From IMG/VR virus record IMGVR_UViG_3300043580_000045, positions 1 to 26,382 of that record: 26,382 nucleotides of DNA; one strand, given 5' to 3'. This DNA comes from a virus. Lineage: Duplodnaviria > Caudoviricetes. Both the position numbers and the translations under genes were made by a program. Below the pieces are notes generated by a model that saw nothing but the letters and a program-made list of their open reading frames with translations, was not told where the DNA came from and searched no databases. Shown one piece after another: positions 1 through 7,136 of this stretch (position 1 is the first letter of the stretch; every line of letters begins with the position of its first letter).

Positions 1-367
1 TGTGCCGCGCAAGGTCAGCGAAGGTTCGACGGCAGCACGGACAGACGCCGTTGCTGACCCGCTTGCGTAGTCGGGTGTTGGCCGCGCGCTGCGCTCGGGC
101 GGACCGCTCGGCCGCCGCGCGCTGGTCACGCTCGTGCGTAAGCTGCGCCTCGGCGATCTCGGTACGGCGTTTGGCGTTCTCCAGATAGGTGCGGAGCTTG
201 TCCGCTTCGCTCGCGCCCCAGCTCATCGCGCCGCGGCACGCGGGACAGTATGCGTTGCGGCCATCCTTCCGGCGACGGTCGACGAACGTTTCGGGTAGTG
301 CGAACTGGAAGCCGCATGCCGGGCAGTCCAGCGCTTGATATGTGCCGAGGATCGTCAAGACGGTCAT
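1..367 (-). CDS. Cys-rich zinc-finger/coiled-coil phage protein, 3' end outside window (not in ORF track)
   Basis: ATG at 367 overlaps the upstream stop (ATGA). Manual translation MTVLTILGTYQALDCPACGFQFALPE...YCPACRG...coiled coil...GVCPCCRRTFADLARH stays open to base 1; three CxxC motifs. Confidence 0.75.
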   Translation of the reverse strand, partial: MTVLTILGTYQALDCPACGFQFALPETFVDRRRKDGRNAYCPACRGAMSWGASEADKLRTYLENAKRRTEIAEAQLTHERDQRAAAERSARAQRAANTRLRKRVSNGVCPCCRRTFADLARH

Positions 368-576
368 GGCTGGGTCTCTTTCCACTTCGTGGCGCATCGC
401 TTGCACAGCGCCGCTTCGAGGCGCTCCAGCGTCGCCGCGGCGTGCCCCAGCTCATCGTCGAGTGAGTCACGCTCGTCGGTCAGATCGGCGAACGACGCGG
501 GTCTCTCGCCCCATCGCAGCGTCGCCGCGGCGTCGGGCCGGCCGAGCGCTTCCATGATGTCTGCGGGTGTGCTCAT
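364..576 (-). CDS. Hypothetical early protein, 70 aa (MSTPADIME...)
   Basis: ATGA overlaps with both neighbours; start reassigned to 576 from the 633 in the ORF track. Confidence 0.65.
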   Translation of the reverse strand: MSTPADIMEALGRPDAAATLRWGERPASFADLTDERDSLDDELGHAAATLERLEAALCKRCATKWKETQP

Positions 577-875
577 GCGGCCCTCGCAAGTGGCGGGCGA
601 CCGATGAGCACGCCGCCGCGCGGTACGGACCAAACCGGCGTACTGGTGCGGGATGCGGCGTAGGCCGCGCTGGCGAGCTCGGCGCGTACGGTGGCCATCA
701 GGCGCGCGTCATGCTGGCGCCGGAGGATATCCGCGCGCCACGAGCGATCGTCGAGCAACGCCTCTGCGAGATGTCTCGCCAGCGCCGGCCTGCGGTGTCG
801 CGGCTCGCGGGCGATGTCGGCCAGCAATACGGCGACCGCGCCGGACGCGACGAAAGTGAACACAACGGCGATCAC
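573..875 (-). CDS. Hypothetical protein with N-terminal hydrophobic segment, 100 aa
   Basis: GTG start preceded by GAGGTG; 4-nt overlaps at both ends; hydrophobic first 20 aa. Confidence 0.6.
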   Translation of the reverse strand: MIAVVFTFVASGAVAVLLADIAREPRHRRPALARHLAEALLDDRSWRADILRRQHDARLMATVRAELASAAYAASRTSTPVWSVPRGGVLIGRPPLARAA

Positions 876-1188
876 GTGGCATCACCTCGGCCGTTCAGCG
901 CGTGGATCTGCTGGGTCACGTCGTTGGCCGCGGGAGTGCGCGCGAAAGCTCGGTCAACCGGGTCCGGAATGGATTGCCGCTGGAGCTGGTCCTCCGCGCG
1001 GAACGCTCGGGCGCGCCACTGCGCGACCAGTTGCGAGGCGCGCGATCGCGCTGACCCACGAGATTGTGAGTGCGCTGCCGCTCACGCTCCAGCAGACGCA
1101 AGGAGCGCATGACCGCGCCGAGCAAGCCGAACGCGAGAATGATCAACGCGGCGACCGCGGCGAACGTGTACTCATCGGCCGTGGTCAT
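872..1188 (-). pseudogene. Single-TM membrane protein gene with apparent frameshift near 1038-1044 (real lesion or assembly error)
   Basis: After ...GQRDR the alternative frame reads ASQLVAQWRARAFRAEDQLQRQ...NGRGDAT* and ends in a GTGA overlap with the next start. Removing one GC from the GCGCGCG run gives a 104-aa ORF. Confidence 0.55.
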
Positions 1189-1607
1189 CAGATCACGCCC
1201 AAGTGCGCGCGGCGCACGATGTTCAGCGGCGCGGGTGGCGTGACGTCGCGATAGGTGTCACGGTCGGACGTGACGCTGACGAACCAACCGAGCATCCGAC
1301 CGATGGCCGTCAGCATGAAGAAGTATCGACCATCGTCAAGGTCGGTCCGCGCGCTGATTTCACAGTCCAACTGGCCGGCCCATGCGTGCATGTCCGCTTC
1401 ATTCTTGAGTCGGATGATCAGTAACGGCGGGAGCTTGCTCATCGTTTCGCGCACCTGCGCGTCTTCGGGTCTGTCGAACAGTGCGCCGCGATCCGCGTAC
1501 GCTCGGATTCGGACTGGCGCGGGGAGTGAGTAGGCGATCGTGGCCTCATCGACGCGAGCGAGGATCGTAGCCGCATCGGCGTGGGTCTCGTATGCTGTGG
1601 ATGACAT
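1188..1607 (-). CDS. Hypothetical early protein, 139 aa
   Basis: AGGAG RBS upstream of ATG; TGATG coupling to the next gene; globular-looking sequence. Confidence 0.7.
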   Translation of the reverse strand: MSSTAYETHADAATILARVDEATIAYSLPAPVRIRAYADRGALFDRPEDAQVRETMSKLPPLLIIRLKNEADMHAWAGQLDCEISARTDLDDGRYFFMLTAIGRMLGWFVSVTSDRDTYRDVTPPAPLNIVRRAHLGVI

Positions 1608-1634
1608 CGGGTTGGTCTCCTGTCTGATGTCCGG

Positions 1635-1665
1635 CCCCCGGCGCTTGCACCGCGCGGGGGTTTTT
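1635..1665 (+). terminator. GC-rich hairpin followed by TTTTT (intrinsic terminator-like, antisense to the early operon)
   Basis: CCCCCG-GCGC ... GCGCGGGGG then TTTTT, in the intergenic gap after xis. Confidence 0.45.
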
Positions 1666-1676
1666 ACGTGCTGGGT

Positions 1677-1877
1677 TCAGGCGGCGTGGCGTCCGCGCCT
1701 GGTGGCCGCCCGGACGAATCGGTCCACGCTGGACTGAGGGATGCGGGTCTTACTCGCGGGTCCGCGCCCGAGGTCAACGCGGTCGAACAGTCCGGCCGCT
1801 ATGTAGCGGTACACAGTGGACCGCCCGACAACGAGTTGCGCGGCAACCTGCGGGATGGTGAGCAACTGATCGGCCAT
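1677..1877 (-). CDS. xis: Excisionase-like HTH protein (HTH_17/MerR-like), 66 aa
   Basis: LLTIPQVAAQLVVGRSTVYRYIAAG...TRIPQSSVDRF pattern; second gene of the leftward early operon, next to the integration module. Confidence 0.8.
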   Translation of the reverse strand: MADQLLTIPQVAAQLVVGRSTVYRYIAAGLFDRVDLGRGPASKTRIPQSSVDRFVRAATRRGRHAA

Positions 1878-2155
1878 TACGCGGCCACCCGCTCACGGAA
1901 TAGATCTTGATAGAGCAGATCGAGCCCGCGCATGGCTGCCGTGATGAAAGAGCCTGAGACGGCAGAGCCGGCCCGCGCGCGGCTGACGGTTGCCTGCGAG
2001 ACATGGAGCCGGCGCGCGATTGCCGAGTTACTCGGCACCCTGCGGTACCCGTGAGCCTCCTGGCCGTCGCGCACCATCCGCCAGAGTCCAAGTTGCACGG
2101 CGCGCGCGTCGAACCGATCGACGTCGAGTACGACGGTGGGTGACTGACTACGCAT
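1877..2155 (-). CDS. Cro-like HTH (XRE) regulator, 92 aa
   Basis: SNSAIARRLHVSQATVSRARAG helix-turn-helix; divergent from the repressor; leaderless start 6 nt after a -10 box. Confidence 0.8.
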   Translation of the reverse strand: MRSQSPTVVLDVDRFDARAVQLGLWRMVRDGQEAHGYRRVPSNSAIARRLHVSQATVSRARAGSAVSGSFITAAMRGLDLLYQDLFRERVAA

Positions 2156-2395
2156 GCACAGAAAATACCACGCGGCTGTGCATGCGTCGACATCAGCCGT
2201 TCGGACGACTTTAACGCTTGCGGACCATCCGCTCCGGCCCTAACCTGTGCATGCATGCACAGCACTCGATGCGGTTGGGAGTAACCAATGCTGATCACGG
2301 TGGAGCCCCGGACCCCGGCGCCAGCCAGCGTTTACGGTGCGCGCACAGACACGACAGGACCGGGCCGGAAGCTACAGACTGTGCATGTGTCGACA
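2145..2395. promoter_or_regulatory. Immunity switch region: leftward promoter and repeated CTGTGCATG operator motifs
   Basis: Minus strand TCGACG(2190-2185)-17 nt-TATTTT(2167-2162)-6 nt-ATG. Motif copies at 2145-2161, 2176-2192 and 2379-2395; perfect 18-bp palindrome CTGTGCATGCATGCACAG at 2245-2262. Confidence 0.7.
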
Positions 2396-2782
2396 ACAGA
2401 TAAATGGCCGCACGCCGTATTCATGGCCTGGCTTGATCAACTTAAAGAGTCGCGGGACATCCCGAGCGACATGCAGTTGGCGCAGCGCGCGAAGATCTCC
2501 GCCCCGTCCGTGATCTCCGGATGGCGGACGGGGCGGACGCAACCGAGCAAGGAAAACCTACGCAAGATCGCAAACTACGCGGGCGAGGCGCCGGTCACGC
2601 TGTGGCGGTTGGCCGGACTTGTCGACGATGGTGACCTTGACGCGCCCGAGCTCGCGCCGAGCGAGCCGCTACCGCGTCAGATCCAAGACCTGATCACGCT
2701 CTACCGCGGCGCAGACAAGTCCGCCCGAAAGGTCATCCTCGGGCAGGTCGAATTTCTCGTGAACGCCATGACCGAAAGGTGA
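2387..2782 (+). CDS. Immunity repressor (XRE HTH); probable GTG start at 2387, ORF open from 2288
   Basis: SDMQLAQRAKISAPSVISGWRTGRTQPSKENLRKIA is a typical XRE HTH; divergent from cro and directly upstream of the integrase. Start choice is an inference. Confidence 0.8.
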   Translation: MSTTDKWPHAVFMAWLDQLKESRDIPSDMQLAQRAKISAPSVISGWRTGRTQPSKENLRKIANYAGEAPVTLWRLAGLVDDGDLDAPELAPSEPLPRQIQDLITLYRGADKSARKVILGQVEFLVNAMTER

Positions 2783-2789
2783 GCCATCG

Positions 2790-3983
2790 ATGGCTTGGGT
2801 ACGACAACTCCCGCCGCGCAAGAGCGACGGCGTGCGCCTCTGGGCGGCAACCGTCACCACCCCGGTCGGCCGGATCACCGAGTCCGACAAACTGGAATCC
2901 GCGATCCGCGCATGGGCGCAAGAGCAAGAGGTAGACATACGGCGCGGCACGTGGATCGATCCGCGCGGGGGCGACATCACGGTGGGCGCCTGGCACACGC
3001 GGTGCGAGCGGTCGCGCCACCTGGAGCGCGCGAGCCGCAAGCGCGACGAGTCACATTGGCGGGTCCACGTCGCGCCGCGCTGGGAGTCGGTCAAGCTCGG
3101 CGGGATCCTCAAAACCGACGTGTCGAAATGGGTGGTCGCCATGGGGGAGGCGAACGTTGGCGCGGCCACGGTGGAGGGCGCGCTCGGCGTGCTCCGGTCG
3201 CTGCTGGAGCAAGCGGTAGATGATCGACTGATCCAGGCCAATCCCGCCCGGCGCGTGGGCGCACCGCCGCGGGACGCTCACGTTGACCGTGTACTCGACG
3301 CGGACGAGGAGCGGCAACTCATCGCCCGACTCGCCGAGCGCTTCCCTGACCGCGACGACGCGGCGTTGTTTGTGGAGCTGCTACTCGACACTGGCGTCCG
3401 CTGGGAGGAGGCCGCGGCCATCCCGCCCGAGCTCGTCGACGCGAAACGCCACCGGGTCCACATCGCGTGGGTAATGGAGCGCGACGGCACCGCGCGCCCG
3501 TACGCCAAGACCCACGCCGGAAACCGGACCGTGGCGTACAGCGAAGCGCTGGCCGCCCGGATGCGCGCGGCGAAACTGGCCGCCCCGGTCTGCCCCGGCG
3601 TCTTCCCGGCGCGTCGCGAGACCACGCCCGACCGACTGATCTTCACGGCGCCCGAAGGCGGCCCGATGCGCTACAACAACTGGCGGCGTCGGGTGTGGCT
3701 GCCCGGACTGACGATCGAGGTTCCGATCCCGACCCAGCGCCGGCCAGGGCAGCGCGGCCCGAGCAAGAAAGTCACGTCGAAGTACCTGGATGATCCACAG
3801 CCGACCGCGCACGACATGCGACACACGTACGGGTCACGCCTGGCCGATGAGAACGTACCGGTGCACGAGATCGCGGCCCTTATGGGGCACGCCAGCCTGC
3901 GCTCTGTTCAGCGCTACCTGCACGCGACCGAGGAGCGTTTCAAGCGGGCGCGCGACGCCCTGAAGCGGGCGCGCGAGGCATGA
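2790..3983 (+). CDS. int: Tyrosine integrase, 397 aa
   Basis: Catalytic set visible: R (TGVRWEEA), K (AKT), HxxR (HDMRH), H (LMGH), Y (QRYLH); adjacent to attP. Confidence 0.95.
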   Translation: MAWVRQLPPRKSDGVRLWAATVTTPVGRITESDKLESAIRAWAQEQEVDIRRGTWIDPRGGDITVGAWHTRCERSRHLERASRKRDESHWRVHVAPRWESVKLGGILKTDVSKWVVAMGEANVGAATVEGALGVLRSLLEQAVDDRLIQANPARRVGAPPRDAHVDRVLDADEERQLIARLAERFPDRDDAALFVELLLDTGVRWEEAAAIPPELVDAKRHRVHIAWVMERDGTARPYAKTHAGNRTVAYSEALAARMRAAKLAAPVCPGVFPARRETTPDRLIFTAPEGGPMRYNNWRRRVWLPGLTIEVPIPTQRRPGQRGPSKKVTSKYLDDPQPTAHDMRHTYGSRLADENVPVHEIAALMGHASLRSVQRYLHATEERFKRARDALKRAREA

Positions 3984-4120
3984 CGCCACGTCAAGATCAT
4001 GAGTTGGCCATGAGTTATGATCTTGAGAATCAGCGGGACAGCGTGGGACAGCGTGGGATGCGCCCCCGCAGGTCAGTGGCATGATCGCCGAGTTTTCGCA
4101 GGTCGGAACTACCACGGGCT

Positions 4121-4167
4121 TTCGTTCACACCGAAGAGGTCGCAGGTTCGATACCTGCATCGCCCAC
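4121..4167 (+). other. att core = 3' half of tRNA-Val(CAC) (not a complete tRNA gene)
   Basis: TTCG-TTCACAC-CGAA anticodon arm (CAC), AGGTC variable loop, GCAGG-TTCGATA-CCTGC T-arm, ATCGCCC-A acceptor strand; no D-arm or 5' acceptor strand upstream. Confidence 0.88.
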
Positions 4168-4185
4168 AGTCTATAAGTAAAGGTG

Positions 4186-4222
4186 AGAGGCCCGACCGGA
4201 TGGCTTCCGGATCGGGCCTCTT
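4186..4222. terminator. Hairpin downstream of the att core (would terminate the reconstituted tRNA)
   Basis: AGAGGCCCGA-CCGGA / TCCGG-A-TCGGGCCTCT stem. Confidence 0.7.
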
Positions 4223-4256
4223 CGATGTTCACGGAGATCATGAGTTGCCCATGAGT

Positions 4257-4745
4257 TCAGGGCTTGATACCAAGATCGCGGAATCGGTCGAGCACCCACC
4301 TCATGGAGGCTTGCAGTTCGTTGGCGGCATCCGCCCGTGCGCGGTCAACCGCGTCGTGCAGGCTCGCGATTTGAAGGTCACGATCACGGTCGGATGCCTC
4401 AACGAGGCGCATGAGCTCGGCCACCCCCGCCGTCCTGGCAATCGAGGGGATCTCGCCGGTCACCTCGGCCAACTGGTCCGTGTGCGTCGTCTGGCCAATG
4501 TGGAGCGCGTCCAACCGTTGAGTCAGCTCGGCCTGACCCGCGAGCATGGCAATGCTGCACTTCCACAGCGCGGCAAGGATGAGCAGGAGTAGGAGAGTGA
4601 AAAAGATCGTGCTCCGGAGTGAGTTGGATAACCAGCTCAACTCCGGCCCTAGCAGGACAATGCCCGCCAACACTGCCCATGCCAACGCACCGAAAGCCAG
4701 TATCCGATTCGAGTAACGAGATAGACGTGACCTAATGTCGATCAT
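4257..4745 (-). CDS. Two-TM membrane protein with helical C-terminal domain, 162 aa (accessory)
   Basis: Two hydrophobic stretches (ILAFGALAWAVLAGIVLLG; IFFTLLLLLILAALW); GGGAGG upstream; visibly less GC-biased 5' half. Confidence 0.65.
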   Translation of the reverse strand: MIDIRSRLSRYSNRILAFGALAWAVLAGIVLLGPELSWLSNSLRSTIFFTLLLLLILAALWKCSIAMLAGQAELTQRLDALHIGQTTHTDQLAEVTGEIPSIARTAGVAELMRLVEASDRDRDLQIASLHDAVDRARADAANELQASMRWVLDRFRDLGIKP

Positions 4746-4922
4746 GATGGGTTAGGGGATCCTCCCGTGAGGGTGTGGCGGGTTTGACCCGGGAGACGCG
4801 AAGTCTGGGCGGACCAGGGGTGAGCGCTCTTTCTACTCCGCGTCACATCATGATCGCTAGGCATGTGTCATACACCGTGATCCGATTGCGCCCGGATGGC
4901 GAGAGTGCGCTGGCCGAACGGC

Positions 4923-5102
4923 CTAGCGCCGACGTCCTGGCCGGCGCGGCAGTGGCGCGCCGGCCTCGCGCACGTACCACGCGATGAACTCGCGCAGCAA
5001 CGCGGACCGGTCCGTGCCGGCCGCGGCGGCGAGCTCGCCGAATCGCTGCCACAGGTCCTCGGGCACGCGCAGGGACGCCATTGGCGTACCCCTACCCGGC
5101 AT
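4923..5102 (-). CDS. Ribbon-helix-helix DNA-binding protein, 59 aa
   Basis: MPGRGTPMASLRVPEDLWQRFGELAAAAGTDRSALLREFIAWYV fits the RHH strand-helix-helix pattern; it is the C-terminal part of track ORF 4923..5591. Confidence 0.75.
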   Translation of the reverse strand: MPGRGTPMASLRVPEDLWQRFGELAAAAGTDRSALLREFIAWYVREAGAPLPRRPGRRR

Positions 5103-5131
5103 GCCTCCCAGGGTGATCGAGGGCCAGGCGG

Positions 5132-5188
5132 TTGACGGCAGCGAGGGTGTAATACACCCTGGAGGGTGACCTACCGATACATGCACAG
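5132..5188. promoter_or_regulatory. Divergent promoter region with palindromic operator
   Basis: TTGACG at 5132-5137; AGGGTGTA-A-TACACCCT palindrome at 5144-5160; immunity-type motif (reverse CTGTGCATGTATCGGTA) at 5172-5188. Confidence 0.6.
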
Positions 5189-5261
5189 ACCGAACCGGCG
5201 GGCCCGAGCCGGCGCTTGCACACCAACTCGGGCCCTTGAATCGCCCCATGGAGGCGACCCG

Positions 5262-5525
5262 ATGACCACGATAGAGCCAGACATCCCCGCGACGGAGCCC
5301 GATCCGATGAGGCGCGCCATTGCGGCCCTGACGGCGTTCGGCGGCCAAGCCCTCAACCGGTACCAGGTGGGCGTGCTGATACGCCACTGGATCGACTACG
5401 ACCAGCTCACGCATGGCGATCTCAGCGAGATCGTGGCCAAGTTCCCGAGCGACCCCGCGGAGTTCATGCGCGCGAGGAACTGGGAGAATTCCGCCTACTC
5501 CTCGTGGATGGGCGTGGAGCGATGA
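5262..5525 (+). CDS. Hypothetical protein, 87 aa (MTTIEPDIP...)
   Basis: GGAGG RBS 7 nt upstream; strong GC3 bias; ATGA overlap with the next gene. Confidence 0.7.
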   Translation: MTTIEPDIPATEPDPMRRAIAALTAFGGQALNRYQVGVLIRHWIDYDQLTHGDLSEIVAKFPSDPAEFMRARNWENSAYSSWMGVER

Positions 5526-5719
5526 CGGCTCCAGCGGACATGACCGCGCGCCAGCGGCGCCTACTCGCGTCCGTCGTCCGGCGCGCGTCACACATCACCG
5601 AGCAGACCTTGATATTGACCGTGGAGGCGAGCCGACTAGGCGCGTCAGAGGCGGACCTGCGCGCCGTACGCGATCACCTATTGGCCGGTTACGTGCTGGA
5701 GCGGGAGTGCGACGGGTAA
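5522..5719 (+). CDS. Hypothetical protein, 65 aa (MTAPADMT...)
   Basis: ATGA coupling to the upstream gene; followed by a strong hairpin. Confidence 0.6.
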   Translation: MTAPADMTARQRRLLASVVRRASHITEQTLILTVEASRLGASEADLRAVRDHLLAGYVLERECDG

Positions 5720-5769
5720 TCAGACTTCCATCCCGTTGCCGTCCGGTGGGCGACGCCGGGGCGGCAACC

Positions 5770-5805
5770 GTGACCCGGCGCCCTTGCTCAGGGGCGCCGG
5801 GTCAC
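5770..5805. terminator. Hairpin between convergent genes
   Basis: GTGACCCGGCGCCC / GGGCGCCGGGTCAC perfect 14-bp stem. Confidence 0.7.
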
Positions 5806-5813
5806 TCACTTCT

Positions 5814-6071
5814 CTACGGTGCGCCAATCGGTCGGGTACGTGGGCGCTCGGCCAGCGGCGCGAGGATCGCGCGCACCTCCGCTCGCTCGGCACGGGTCAA
5901 CTCGGGCCATGCCTTGACGATGCGCCGCGCCAGTCCCGCCGCGGAGTTGACCGCGGCGGCCCCCGCGCGGCCGAGCTCGGCACGCTCGTCGGGGGTGAGT
6001 GCCTCCACGCGGGCGCGCCCGCCCGCACTGGTGACCGCCTGTCGGTCCTCCGGGCTCATTCTGTCCACCAT
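5814..6071 (-). CDS. Small helical-repeat protein, 85 aa, possible nucleic-acid binder
   Basis: Three repeats MSPEDR / LTPDER / LTRAER with GGRAR and GRAGAAA segments; leaderless start 6 nt after TATGCT. Confidence 0.6.
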   Translation of the reverse strand: MVDRMSPEDRQAVTSAGGRARVEALTPDERAELGRAGAAAVNSAAGLARRIVKAWPELTRAERAEVRAILAPLAERPRTRPIGAP

Positions 6072-6077
6072 GGCGGG

Positions 6078-6402
6078 AGCATAGCAGGCGCGTCTAGCAA
6101 CGCAGCGTGACGCCAGCGGGCGCGCGAACGTTGGTAGTGGATCACTCCATCAAGATTCTTTGCTGGCGCGCCAGCAATGCCCGATATCGACGTCAGCCGT
6201 TCGGCTCGACATGGGTCAACTTTTCCCGTGCCTGTCAACGGCCGTTGACCCGCTCCATTGTGGATGAACACGCATCGTGAGATCAGGCGCGGGAATCGGA
6301 CATTGCCGCCCCGGGCCGGACCGCTACTGCGGCACTGAGTAGCGCGCCGTGCGTACGGCCTGGTCAGGGCATGCGGCGCTCTGCTGGCGCGCCAGCTAGA
6401 AT
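6078..6402. promoter_or_regulatory. Divergent intergenic region with repeated GCTGGCGCGCCAGC palindrome
   Basis: Copies at 6160-6177 (18-bp perfect), 6383-6396 (abutting TAGAAT -10) and a degenerate one at 6084-6098 (abutting minus-strand TATGCT). Confidence 0.6.
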
Positions 6403-6476
6403 CAATGCATCGCCCCGGTAGACGCAGCCGCGCACACGCGCGGCGCTCCCGGAGCACCAGACTTTAGGAGTCCACA

Positions 6477-7073
6477 ATGAACACGTTCCGCATCGTCAAG
6501 TCGCTAGTTCTACTCCAGTACGCGGGCGCGATGGTCATGAGCTTCATGCACATCGTGTCAATCGGCCAGCGCTACGGCCTCACGTGGGAGGCATACGTAG
6601 CGCCTCTGCTCATCGACGGCTTCATGATCCTCGGTGCCATCGGCCGGTCGGAGCGCTTCGCCGAGCAGACCCGCAGGACCGGTCTTAAGTTGATGGCCGG
6701 CGCCGGCATCGTCAGCCTGATATGCAACGTGATGGCCGGCCACAACATCGGCCAGCGCGTTTTCGGTGCGTTGGTCGTGGTCGGCGCGCTGACCGCCGAG
6801 TGGTACGGCGCCAAGCTCGACAAGGCGCCGACCCCGACCCGCAAGGCGACCCGCCAGCCGTGGAGTGCCGAGCGTCGCGCGGCCCACGAAGCGCGCAAGG
6901 CCGCGGCCGCGGTTCACCCGGTGGTTGCCATCACTGCCGCCCCGCCGGCCCCCAGCACTCCGCAGAGTCCCGCCGGTGTGTACGCCACCACGGCACCTCG
7001 GACGCCGCGCCGCACGAGCGCCCGTCGCGAGCTCGTCAGCCCGTTGACCGGCAACGTGCTCGCCGTCCGGTAG
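6477..7073 (+). CDS. Multi-pass membrane protein, DUF2637/Spd-like, with low-complexity Pro/Ala/Arg tail, 198 aa
   Basis: TAGGAG RBS; about 4 hydrophobic segments; SF.HI...YG, APLLIDG and SL.CNV motifs recall DUF2637 proteins of actinomycete elements (family call from memory). Confidence 0.65.
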   Translation: MNTFRIVKSLVLLQYAGAMVMSFMHIVSIGQRYGLTWEAYVAPLLIDGFMILGAIGRSERFAEQTRRTGLKLMAGAGIVSLICNVMAGHNIGQRVFGALVVVGALTAEWYGAKLDKAPTPTRKATRQPWSAERRAAHEARKAAAAVHPVVAITAAPPAPSTPQSPAGVYATTAPRTPRRTSARRELVSPLTGNVLAVR

Positions 7074-7087
7074 CCCCTCCCCTCACA

Positions 7088-7124
7088 CAAAGAGGCCCGA
7101 TCCCCAAGGGGGTCGGGCCTCTTT
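7088..7124. terminator. Bidirectional intrinsic terminator between the accessory gene and lysis operon
   Basis: AAAGAGGCCCGATCCCC-AA-GGGGGTCGGGCCTCTTT with A/T runs at both ends. Confidence 0.8.
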
Positions 7125-7136
7125 CTGTCTGCCGAG

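Larger units (their letters stand above)
3994..4257. other. attP region with arm-type repeats flanking the core
   Basis: AGATCATGAGTTG(G/C)CCATGAGTT at 3994-4016 and 4235-4257 (each has two CATGAGTT copies); ~10-bp-period repeats CAGCG(T)GGGA x3 at 4031-4058. Confidence 0.8.

Noticed and set aside
126-470. 114-aa minus-strand track ORF
   Set aside because: An alternative frame starting at 367 gives a Cys-motif protein with ATGA coupling.
4090-4170. Complete tRNA-Val gene
   Set aside because: Only the anticodon arm onward is present; there is no D-arm or 5' acceptor strand, so it is an att core.
4017-4592. 191-aa plus-strand ORF (and 3834..4241 minus)
   Set aside because: They run through attP and a terminator and overlap better-supported genes on the opposite strand; no motifs.
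4923-5591. 222-aa ORF
   Set aside because: Only the last 59 codons look like a protein (RHH); the rest overlaps plus-strand genes and operators.
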